Part shown: positions 21,042-31,333 of the stretch, piece after piece | Numbering within the stretch: position 1 is the stretch's first letter | How the letters are laid out: each line of letters opens with the position of its first letter | Source: Marsupella aquatica | Taxonomy: Eukaryota > Plantae > Marchantiophyta | DNA: 64,000 bases | Reading direction: 5' to 3' | NCBI GenBank assembly: GCA_973895155.1 | Contig: OZ316891.1 | Location: 6,233,708 to 6,297,707 of the forward strand | Made by a program: the position numbers and the translations under genes | Notes under the pieces: model-generated | The model's database searches: none | Told to the model about the DNA's origin: nothing | The model's input: the letters and a program-made list of their open reading frames with translations, nothing else

Positions 21042-22661
21042 CTAACTCCCCCAACTGTCTGGTGTAGACCTTCGGTTGCACATCATGGCAGGAACTGACA
21101 AGGCTAATGTCTTCAGCAGACTCACATCATCCTTTGAATTAGTACTTAGGCTAGAATATCGCCTTACTGCTGCCGCACTAAGCAAATCCTCGAAGAGCGA
21201 CATTTCGTCTGTATGCATAGGATCGTCGAACGATTTTGGATATGTTGATACCAAAGTACGTAGCTTCTTGTACGACACAATGTAAACTACCTGCTTCGAT
21301 AACCACTGTTGGTAAGACGACTCAAAATGACACTCTCTCGCATAGTTAGGGTCAGATTTGTCGAGCTCTTGCTCCCTATCTTTCGACTCTTCCTTCATCA
21401 ATTTTGTCTGCTCAGAGAAATTCGAGCGCGTTTCGAGAATAAACTTGTCCATTTTCTTTTGGTATAACTTCTCATACCCAGGGTCACACGGCTCAATTTC
21501 ATCTTCCATTGCTAACATATTTGCAACGTGCTGGTCGGCCTTGCTTCGGACAATGAACACTGGGATTCGGAACCGATTGCAGTTTTCAATGATACCTACG
21601 TCAGTCGTGGTGAAACGTGTATCATACACGACAATGACGAAGTCGAAGACAAACAAACCTTGCTGGTTGAAATACTGCCAATCTCGCACCTTGAGAGTCC
21701 CAGCACCTGGTATGTCATACCACACAAACCGTGAATACGGAAACTCTTGACGGAGGTCTGGATACCTCCTAATGGTTGATGTCGTCTCTGTCACCCCAAC
21801 TTTCGCTGCGCTGGAATGGTTGATTGTGAGACCGCGGAACGCATTTACTAGAGAGGATTTCCCGCTACCCGAGACACCAAAGACAGCAAAATGTAGCTTC
21901 TTGGGATCGTATTCAATCCACTTCATTGCAGCATCGTATTCCTCCCTAGTGGGCCATTCAATGGGTTGAATGCTTCGTTGGAGAGCGATTCGCGCATCTT
22001 TGGCGGCCTTCATAGCATCTTGTTCGCGCTGTTGTGAGGCCAGTCGGTCACCTTTCGGTTTGAGCCCCTTCGCACTGAATTTCTCGTCTGTGGGGCGTTT
22101 GGCGGCTCGTTGGGAGGCTCCGAATCGTTCTTCTTCAACTTTGAGCCTTGCAGCAAGTTTGACTTCTTCTGCGCGTTTTTCCGAGGCCCGTCGCTCAGCT
22201 CTGCGTCTGAACGTACATACTTGTGCTTGGTGTTGTTCTTCTGCGCTTTGCTTGGACGCCAATTGGTCAGATGCAGCTCGGAGCCTTTCAGCGTGTTCAT
22301 CTTCTTCTCGGCGTTTCATTTCAGCCCGCTGTTGGTATTCCGCACGCTGTTGTTCTTCTGCGCTTTGCTTGGACGCCAATTGGTCAGATGCAGCTCGGAG
22401 CCTTTCAGCGTGTTCTGCTTTCTCTCGGCGTTTCATTTCAGCCCGCTGTTGGTATTCCGCACGCTGTCGGTCAGCTTCAGCTTGACGCCTTGAGGCAAAT
22501 TGAGAATCCTCTGTTCCACATGTACATTTGATATACCCCTCAATCTCGCTCACTGTATCATTAGTAGGCATAGGTGGATTTGAAAACAATCTGCATACTA
22601 AACCAACCAAGCCTACAACGAGCCCAGCCGTAGCGGCTACAATCATTTCAAATGGGTTCAT
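21042..22661 (-). CDS. Immunity-related GTPase (IRG/IIGP p47-type) with N-terminal hydrophobic anchor and coiled coil, ~539 aa, intronless
   Basis: G1 AVFGVSGSGKSSLVNAFRGL, G2 VGVTETT, G3 WYDIPGAG, G4 VRSKAD. N-terminal IVAATAGLVVGLVGLVC. First ATG is at 22661; the ORF track starts at an upstream TTG. Confidence 0.9.
   Translation of the reverse strand: MNPFEMIVAATAGLVVGLVGLVCRLFSNPPMPTNDTVSEIEGYIKCTCGTEDSQFASRRQAEADRQRAEYQQRAEMKRREKAEHAERLRAASDQLASKQSAEEQQRAEYQQRAEMKRREEDEHAERLRAASDQLASKQSAEEQHQAQVCTFRRRAERRASEKRAEEVKLAARLKVEEERFGASQRAAKRPTDEKFSAKGLKPKGDRLASQQREQDAMKAAKDARIALQRSIQPIEWPTREEYDAAMKWIEYDPKKLHFAVFGVSGSGKSSLVNAFRGLTINHSSAAKVGVTETTSTIRRYPDLRQEFPYSRFVWYDIPGAGTLKVRDWQYFNQQGLFVFDFVIVVYDTRFTTTDVGIIENCNRFRIPVFIVRSKADQHVANMLAMEDEIEPCDPGYEKLYQKKMDKFILETRSNFSEQTKLMKEESKDREQELDKSDPNYARECHFESSYQQWLSKQVVYIVSYKKLRTLVSTYPKSFDDPMHTDEMSLFEDLLSAAAVRRYSSLSTNSKDDVSLLKTLALSVPAMMCNRRSTPDSWGS
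22231..22467 (-). repeat. 117-bp (39-aa) in-frame tandem duplication in the IRG coiled coil
   Basis: QRAEYQQRAEMKRRE(KA/ED)EHAERLRAASDQLASKQSAEEQ occurs twice; nucleotide starts at 22231 and 22348. Confidence 0.95.
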
Positions 22662-23136
22662 CACGCCCAAAAGTTACGAACTGCTCTTCGTTTGGTAAAG
22701 GAATTTATAAGGCAGACGTTGTTCTAGAGTACTGCGAGGGACTGTCCACAAATTACAGCAGCAGAAAGCAGGAGATCAAAGACGGTACAGGAAGGTGGCA
22801 GACAGACACGGACGAAACCGCACCGAGCTGATGTGCATGCAACGAACCCCGCCTCAGGTACAGGATGGTATCCAAACTTTGTTACCACAATATTGGCGAG
22901 GTCTCTGCAGCTCGATCGCAAGACGGCACCCAAGCCAACCCACGCCACGCCAAAGCTCAGATCAGCTCACTCCCCCGGCCCAGCCTCGGTGACAGACACA
23001 AGGAGTACAGGCCTCCCTCCACCTTTGTCACTTATCAATGGAGATCATTCGCGACGGGAAGACACAGAAGATCGAGGTTCAATAACCTTTAACGATTACG
23101 TACAGTACTTCTGTCTGTTTCGGTGATTGAAACTGT

Positions 23137-23490
23137 ACATGGCTGTAACACTTAGAGTGAAAGTTTCACGATTGGATTCGGTGAAAAAATGTTGAGTGAA
23201 TCATAGATTAGAGTGAAAGTTTCACGGTGGCAGTAAACAATGTGGCGAATCCCTGGTGACTTACATGACTTTAATAGCTTAGAGTGAAAGTGTCTTTGTA
23301 GCAGACTTAAATGACTCTAATAGCTTAGAGTGAGTTTCACGATTGCAGTAAACGACGTTGCAGTGACGAATCCCTGGTGCCTTACATGACTGTAAGCTAG
23401 CTTAGAGTGAAGTTTTCACGACAGCAGACCATGACTACAACCGCATAGAGTGAAAGCTTCACGATAGCTTAGAGTGAAAGTTTCACGATA
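23137..23490. repeat. Degenerate minisatellite with 7 copies of TAGAGTGAAAGTTTCACG upstream of the IRG gene
   Basis: Core copies near 23153, 23209, 23280, 23326, 23403, 23446 and 23470. The core contains the palindrome GTGAAA-G-TTTCAC. Confidence 0.9.
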
Positions 23491-26400
23491 TCAGTGGAAC
23501 GATGTTACTCTTGAGAATCCTTCATGACCTGCTCAGATGATATTTTTGGTGACATTATACTTGGCATGTGGTATTGGGGTTACTCGTTTATATATTCTGC
23601 CAAAGTGTATTTTTTTATACCGCTTTTAAGTAGGTTGCCAGTAAAGATGCTTAAAATAACAATACTGCCACTACTTATTATGTATTTGTAAATATGCCAC
23701 ACTTTTGCTCTACGGTTACTTGGGTTAAGCATAATGCCACATGTTTCTTCACAACTGGATCTGATTTCTGTAAAGGTTATTTTCGGTAGGTTGAAACTTC
23801 ACTTGCTTGCAGTACGTTTCACTGCGGTGTGGGGGAATTTTCATTTGAGAAACAGAGCAGACCTGCTGCTGTTATGTGGATCCGCTTTGATTTAATAACA
23901 GAGAAAGACAACACAGAACATGAAAGCAACACGAGAATGAAAAGCAACACGAGAAACAAAAGGAATGCTTGTCGCTCAGGTTGTCGTGTGGGGTGTTGAT
24001 CAGCGAAATGCAAAGGGAAAGGGAATTGAGCAGTGTGGAAGCTTGATCAGCAAACTCAGCTTGATCAAAGCTCATAGGGATCAGCAAAAGGAATTCTGGG
24101 AGCATCAAATTTAGGGTGCATGAACGGTTCTTCAAGTTTGATGATCTCTCTCAATTCAGTGATCAGTTTGGTTCTTCGGTTCGGTGATCAGTTTGCTTCG
24201 ATGATCGGCTGATGCAAAAATTCTGCAGCGCAACAATTTCTGGAGTGGAACGCAACATCGTGTTCTCAAGCTGCTCTTGAATTCTCTTTGATTTTAAGTT
24301 TTTTAGTGAATACTCAGTTTATTCCCCTTAATTTTCAAATTGCTCCCTATCCACATACTTTTCATTGAACTGCTCTCTCTTTATTGTGTTGCTTTTGTAT
24401 GAGACCCACCAGCAATTCATTTGAAAGAGCCTTAACTCTCAATACTACTTGTCGCTTTGAGGACGACTATGGCTGTCAATAAGTCCACTAATAATCAAAC
24501 CGTAAAATGGATTTAGTCCTGGGACCTACTACAGTCCTTGATTTTCGCATGCCAAAAGCAAATCTTAGCATTTAATCCAGAGATAATTTGGTGACGCACC
24601 GCAGACATAACATTACCCGAGCATCAATCGGATTCGTACAAAAAATAAGTAATGCTTGAAAATTTCTAGAAGTCGTTGTAACTCTCCTCCCCTAAATCCT
24701 CTACCTCACAGGGAACCTGTGGATAAGTGGTAACAAAAAGGGCTGCTTTTAGAAAATTGGTTTCTACACTAAAGAGCAATTCGAACGGCTAAAAATCTCA
24801 ACACTTGGAACTATGTTAGAACTGGAAGGAAGCAGATGATGCACGAACTTTAACGCGTGATATCTCCATACAACAGGGGTCGTTCAGCAATTGCAACGAA
24901 TGTAGTTCTAGCAGGTTTGAGCCAGATTCCAGCAAGTCTGACTGGAGCCAGTTGTCAAGCTTTGATTGTCTTTTCCAGATTCACAATTCATACTCGTTGT
25001 GGAGGACCGAGGAGAGGAGACTAAGAGCTCCACAGTTCATCATCTTCCACTCAAGACCCAGTTCGCAGGCTTTAGGGACGGTCGCTGGACGAAGCAATCC
25101 ATCACTACCGCCAAAAGGGGAGCTGGAATTCCCTTGTGCCCAGGTAATGTACCGCATGCAGACGTGCTCATCGATCGCTATAGACAGTGATGAAGCGCTC
25201 CGATCCCCACATATATGATCAGATCCACAAGATCGAAAAGGGTACTGAGATGGGCCACTCATAATTGCGTTTTTGCATAGCATGGTGGCTCTGGATCTCC
25301 CTGAGACGTTTTCTGAATCCACTGACATATCTCTGTTTTGTCCACCACACCCAGCACATCTTGCAGACAGTCTTACAATGATAGTGCATGCGGTGGATAC
25401 GATAAGTGCAGGATTGGGGCGTCTTCCCGGGAGCCTGCGCTTCGACAAGGTAGACTGTATTGCATTTTGAAGAAGTAAATTAAATGTGACCGACGCCATT
25501 TTAATGGAATGATTCCCGGGTAAACATGTACTACATGATTGTGAATAACATTGCATTACAAAAAAAGTTGGAGGTGGGTTCCACTATTTCCCCCGCCCCA
25601 CCGATCCCACCAAAGAAAAAGTTCGCTTTTGCTAGAAAAGTTCGTTGCCTCACGGACCAGCTTAATTGAAGGTTGACTACTCACTCTCATTTCGATTTTC
25701 TCTGCTCTAAATTTGATATTTCGAAGCTGTTTGCGGAATTGAAATGACCCTCTCCACCTTCAATGGAAAAATGTATTGTACTAACAATGAAAATAATAAA
25801 TCAACGAAAGAGATTGCTCTAGCTCATTCACTTGACATTGGAAAGATGTGTGATGTATTGGCATCAATTTATTATGCACACGATCAGAAGCAGAGAGGAG
25901 AATAGCAATGAATAGAAAAGATCTTTCGTAAGAATGCGCAGCTTCTGCCCCAGTTTGTGTCAAATTGAGATATCGAAGATAAGACACGTGTCAAGACAAG
26001 ATCTGTAAATATATTCATTGTGGGATCCAACGACTTCCATATCTGTTCAATGTTCGGCACTTCGGCAGGTTTTTTGCATGTGTAGAGGATTGCAGGGCGG
26101 GGGGGGAGGTAGTTGGGATTCATTGCGTGCAAATTGCTCTCGATATGGTGGACGGAATGATTGATTAGTTTGAGCACTGGACGACGTAAAACAGAACTAC
26201 AATAAACGGAAATCCAGAAGAGTGTGACCTGGTTGCCGCTCTCTCACTCGTCTCAACTTAGCACCACACAGCACAAGTTTAGGGTTTAGGGCGAGGACAT
26301 GTTTCACGTCGCGAGAAGTTCATGTGTTTTTTTTATTAATGCAAACATCCTTGGCAACGCTTTGTTTGTTTGGCGTGGGGCGCAGCCACATAACCTTTGC

Positions 26401-26808
26401 TTCTCAATTCAGCATATTCTCTCATGGATCGACGAGGACTCCGAGCTTTCAACACAATGACCTCTGTCTATTCCCTCCTGTTCTGAAGACATGTCTAGGG
26501 GGGGGCAAGCCACCGGCATAAAACTCCCTCCTGTACGACAAGTTGAAAACCTTGATGAAGCCTGAATCGGTATTGGCACAGAGTAGACTCTACCTATGTT
26601 TACAGCAATTGAACAATTTTTCCATTGATCCTCTTCAGCTAGGTTGCTTGAGTCTTGTCGTGTATAATTACTTTGAACATTACATGCACGTGGCATAGGT
26701 ACTAGTCTCCCAGCTTGTTATCTTGCCTTCACTCTGTTTCCATGTGTGAGCTTATTTGGCTAACTCTCTACACAATAGGGTAGCCCAGTGATTGCACATC
26801 AAAATGTG

Positions 26809-26985
26809 GAGGTATTTGCTTGATCACCCCCAAAATGAAACACTGTACTTGATAACCCCCTGAGGTCTATCAATGGTCCAGATCTGAGATCGTAAGGTCC
26901 ATCAATGGTCCAGATTGGGTAAAAATATTGAGGGGGTTGATTAAGCAAACCTTTTCCAGAAGGGTGTCTACTAAGCATATCTTTC
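26809..26985 (+). mobile_element. MITE family B copy 1 (~177 bp, long imperfect TIRs, 10-bp TSD; Mutator-like)
   Basis: GAGGTATTTGCT...AGCATATCTTTC. Flanks TCAAAATGTG / TAAAAATGTG. Homologous to 39607-39783. Confidence 0.8.
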
Positions 26986-27292
26986 TAAAAATGTGACAGT
27001 TGCATAGTAATTAGAATTTATAACACTCATTTTGATTTAAACACAAAAGTTAGGTTTCTAATGGTCTGGAATAAAATCTTCCATTGTATATTGTCACAAA
27101 TTTTGATATGCAATTACTGGGAGGAAAAGGTTGGTGTGCAAAAAGTGGATATTTTCCTCTACTAACAGTAGTGCAATGCCATAAGTAATGGCGGTAAATT
27201 TCATTTTTTTAATTTAGAAATAAAGTATACACTGACAAATCAATGTTGTACATCAAAATGATAAAATATTCCTAACATATGCAGTACATCCC

Positions 27293-27946
27293 TCATTTTG
27301 TCTGGGGTCTGGTTGAATAAGTAGACCTCCCAATACCGTGCATGCGTAACGGAGAATGTGGATTGGTGTTGTGGGAATGTGAGGAACGAGATTGTTGTGA
27401 CTTGTTTCTTGATTTTCCAGGGTATCTTCCACCCATTATAGTTGAAAATTTAGGTCGAAAAGGTTGCCTGCAATGTCTATTTGGCGATAAGCACGAAGAA
27501 CTATAAGATTGGCAGCAAGAGCTAGATTGCCCACCCAAAGCAGGATGTCCAAGAGCAACATCAAGCTGACTACCCAGGGCAGGGCGGCCAAAGTGTGTTG
27601 TTTGAGAGCGAATTATGCTTTGGGGAGGTGGTTGTGAAAGCGGGTGTGTCTCATCAGGGAACTCTGGATGCACATATGGGTTTATCCAAGGGCTGGGTTG
27701 TGGTCTACGAGACTTGTCTCGTTTATAGACCCTCAAACTTTGCATCCATAGAGAAATGTCATCATCACAATAAGGTAAATGGAGGTCCCTTTTGATCTTT
27801 GCTTCACTTCTTTTCATCAAGAAACTTGGAACCACTTCCTGGTCATTTTGCATCGGGGGTTGTGCACCTTGGAGGCGGAGTTTTTGTGACTGTATCCATT
27901 TTCTAAGGGCAGGGTTACCAGTTGACTTTTCCTTCTTTCGATGCAT
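27293..27946 (-). CDS. Hypothetical basic, S/P/Q-rich protein, 217 aa
   Basis: A 654-bp ATG-to-TGA ORF in AT-rich surroundings. No recognised domain; small internal repeat G(R/H)PALG.Q. Confidence 0.5.
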   Translation of the reverse strand: MHRKKEKSTGNPALRKWIQSQKLRLQGAQPPMQNDQEVVPSFLMKRSEAKIKRDLHLPYCDDDISLWMQSLRVYKRDKSRRPQPSPWINPYVHPEFPDETHPLSQPPPQSIIRSQTTHFGRPALGSQLDVALGHPALGGQSSSCCQSYSSSCLSPNRHCRQPFRPKFSTIMGGRYPGKSRNKSQQSRSSHSHNTNPHSPLRMHGIGRSTYSTRPQTK

Positions 27947-29349
27947 TTTTAGAGTTTGAGAAGTTAGCCAAATGTGTTAATGCTATCCAATTGTGGAACA
28001 AAGAGTGTTGACCGCTCTTGAAAGCTTACTACAATAGTCAAGAGTACTCCTCCGTATTATCTTGATTGATGTGGGCAGACTTCAGCACCCAACAATCACC
28101 AAAGTGAACTGGGAGCATCACCAGGATACTTAAAATTTTCACTCTTGAGTCAGCAATGGCTCTTTTTTATGTATGGTGACAACCATCACAACAGTTAGAA
28201 AAAACATATGCAAAGGCTATGATATTTAAATTTGCTAAATACTTCTACAGTAGACTGTACTTTACTAAAGTTGTATCTCCTAAGTTTACTGCTCTAACTT
28301 GTTGTTGTCATATTTAAAGTTAGTAAGCAGGTTAGCCGTGGTGAACAATACTCCAGGCCTGATGTCCACACGATAGATGTTTGTACTTGGATACTCTAAA
28401 GCGGGGATCTAATATTGGGTGATGTGACCAGCTTCATAGCAGCTATGTTCACTTCAATTCAGATGATAGTTGTTTGAACTTGGACACTTCAAAGAGATCA
28501 TTTAAAGTTTGAATAATTGACCAGTTTCATGGTGGCTAATTTGAGCGTGATGAAGAAAATGAATAATGTTTTAATCAGGGTTGTCTAAGAGCTTCAAACC
28601 CAAATAATGGTGGTAAAGTCCATACCATCATTGAAGGTCTTAGCAAGATAGATAGCTTTTAACATTTTTCCGATTGTCTGACTCTAAAACAAGTTTTGCT
28701 TTACCAAAAAAATTGCAGAATGAATGACCAGCAAGCAGACCGAGGGGGGGGGGGGGGAGTAACTAAAGTTTTAACATTAACTGAACGTTTTCAAAGCACA
28801 TGAAATTTTGTGTTTTCTTGTCACTATTTTTTGTTAGTAAAGTTGATTGTTCCATCTCAAAAATATATTTAATATTTCAAATGTGTTCAGATTTATGGGC
28901 GCCTATTTAGAGCCTACATTTGTAGTTAGTCAATTTATAGATTATATGCACTTCTTGATAAAAACACATGCACAAGTAAGATAAATTTGAAATGTCAGAT
29001 GATGCCAAGAAGACGACAGTGCTTGCCACGCTTTCCAAAAAACCCAACCAAAAATATAGATGAACAGCCTACAAGAAAAAATTCCAACTGTGCCCCTTAT
29101 TGGGCCTCTCCTTTATACCCTGATTTCCTTTATTTTGTGATATGAATGAAATCTCAACAATTTTAATAAACAATTCCAAAACACAAGCTCACACTTTTGA
29201 GAGAGTTTGACGGCAGTTTAAGTAGACCCGTCCAAGTATAAGTTAGCAGAATGATCGACAAATTCTCACTTAGGCTCACACTTGTCACAGCAAAACCTGC
29301 AGGTCAACATCAAGAGAAGTTCACTGAGCAAGCTTTAGATTTCTTAAGG

Positions 29350-29478
29350 CTCATGAGATAAATTATTTACGTCATACTGAAAGCTCAATAGCGAGATAAA
29401 TTAGTTACATCGGATGTGGGCCTCGGCACTCAATGGCGAGATAAATTAGTTACGTCGGATGTGGGCCACTGCCGAGGC
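29350..29478. promoter_or_regulatory. Triplicated GAGATAAATTAGTTAC motif with two TGGGCC (site II-like) elements, between divergent genes
   Basis: Copies at ~29355, 29393 and 29438, with gatgtgggcc after copies 2 and 3. TATATA at ~29486. Regulatory role inferred from position only. Confidence 0.4.
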
Positions 29479-31012
29479 GCTGTGGTATATATCACCAGGA
29501 AGACATTGAGATATACTATAATTGATATGGTGGATTCCTAATCATGGAACATGGGACCTGTTTTGGTATTGTAGTTGTTCAAAGTTGACCAGATGCACAT
29601 CCTCAAGAAAGAATGGGGGTATGAAGTCTCTTTTATTAGTACAGCAGACAAATAACATCAATGATGGATATCACACAAGTGGAGCTGGGATTAGGGATAT
29701 GAATTCTCTTGTTCCATAGATATAACAGAACGTTCTTCGATGGACTTCAAGGCATTCCAAAAGGTATTTACTTTTAATTGTTAACTTCCAGTTGTGCTGT
29801 TGTGGCTTGAGGAGACCATTATTAACAGTTATGTCTTGTTAAACTACCATATATGCTTGTTCATTCATTCTGTTTTGAATTGGACACAAGATTTGACACT
29901 ATTCTCATCAAAGTTTTGGGCATCAAGTTAGGTTCACTTGGCACAAACGTGTCATACTTATGTTCAACACATCATGATTGAGGTCATGTCCATTTCACAT
30001 GCTTGTCATGTCCATTTCATATGCTTGGCATGCTGGTTCCTAAAATATATACTTCTAGTACAAATCATGAATGAGATTTCAGCACAACATTCAAATCAAA
30101 GCACCTGATTATTCTAAATTGCTTTCAAGGGGGATTTCAACTGACTTTTCTCATTCTTCCACTTGTTATGGTGCATAATCAACATAGAAAATGTGACTCC
30201 CAATTGGATTTTCGTTTTTTTGTTTTTGACATCATTTTGGTCATTAAAACTGAGAAGCCTCGTCTCCTTTGCTACCGTACTTTAACTCTGTCTAGAACAT
30301 GTGATATTTGAACGTCAATTAATTGTTTCTGGAACAAGTGGTATGTGTATATTGATTGTTTCCATTCAATCATCAGGATCATCTCATCAATAGCTATTAA
30401 CACTGTCTAGAAAGGTGATTTATTACCTGATCCTAATTGTTTACCATCTTCAGAATTTGAACTTGAATTAATTGTGGATTGTACCAAATTGCATTTAATA
30501 CATGATTCACCAAATCTAACATACACTCTTCAGGATTCAGCTTGAAATTGGAGACAGATTGAAGGGGACAGAAATTTTCTTCCTATGATGAATTGCTGTT
30601 GTGTGTTTTCTTTGGCAGAAACTATCAACAAGCTAGTTTTTAATCAGACTGGAGTGCAATAATCCTCAAGTACATCTTGACTATCTTCCTTTCATCAGAA
30701 GAGCCTGGAGCAGAGCAAGATTTTCCAAATCACTGGGCCAAGGTATTGATGTGTTCGCTTTGGTAGAAACTGAAGAAGTTAGATACTCTGACAATAATGT
30801 GATTCAGGTGTTAAGTCCCTTATGAAATGAAAGCTCTTTACATTTAGAGCTAAGTTTCATACACAGATATGCAATGCATATGGCCCAAGCTAGAGTTCAG
30901 TGGTACCTAGCTAGATTTGGTAATGTCATCAGAGAGTCAGTGTGCTTTCTGTTACTGAATCAAAATGGACCTGATATATAGATTATAGATCGGAGGAAGA
31001 AAGCTTGCCAAA

Positions 31013-31333
31013 ATGTCTGGGTACGATATCAGTGCGGAGAGAGAGGAAGCTCGCCTTAATCCAAGGCGAAAGGCTATGGAAGATTATGGTGTCCGCCCAG
31101 ACGTCCACGATCTTCTACTACGCTTCATGACTGATCTCCTCACAACACAACCTCCAGATCCAGTAGGTTTCATGTACAAGTGGTCGATAGACGAGAAGAA
31201 GGAACCAAAGTGGAAGCCTCCCCCAATTGATGTGTTCAAGTCTCCACCAAAAAGTCCACCTAACAATACCAAGCCATCTGCATCTAAACGACCACAACCA
31301 GTCAAAGATTGTGCCGCCACAATTCACTTCTAG
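31013..31333 (+). CDS. Small protein with RIIa/Dpy-30-like dimerisation-docking motif and Pro/Lys-rich tail, 106 aa
   Basis: VHDLLLRFMTDLLTTQPPDPVGFMYKW fits the LLxxFxxxLLxxQPxDPxxF pattern. An acceptor attatag just upstream and apparent non-coding exons (~30619-30807) suggest a spliced 5' UTR. Confidence 0.7.
   Translation: MSGYDISAEREEARLNPRRKAMEDYGVRPDVHDLLLRFMTDLLTTQPPDPVGFMYKWSIDEKKEPKWKPPPIDVFKSPPKSPPNNTKPSASKRPQPVKDCAATIHF

Noticed and set aside
21358-22531. Plus-strand ORFs overlapping the IRG gene
   Set aside because: Antisense shadows with no motifs.
23153-23487. Resemblance of AGTTTCAC to the animal ISRE upstream of an interferon-inducible-type GTPase
   Set aside because: Plants lack IRF/STAT interferon signalling and the full ISRE consensus is not met; treated as coincidence.
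24950-26295. Possible minus-strand gene downstream of a telobox (TTTAGGG x2 at 26278-26291)
   Set aside because: Some splice-like sites are present, but I could not assemble a convincing frame or recognise any domain.
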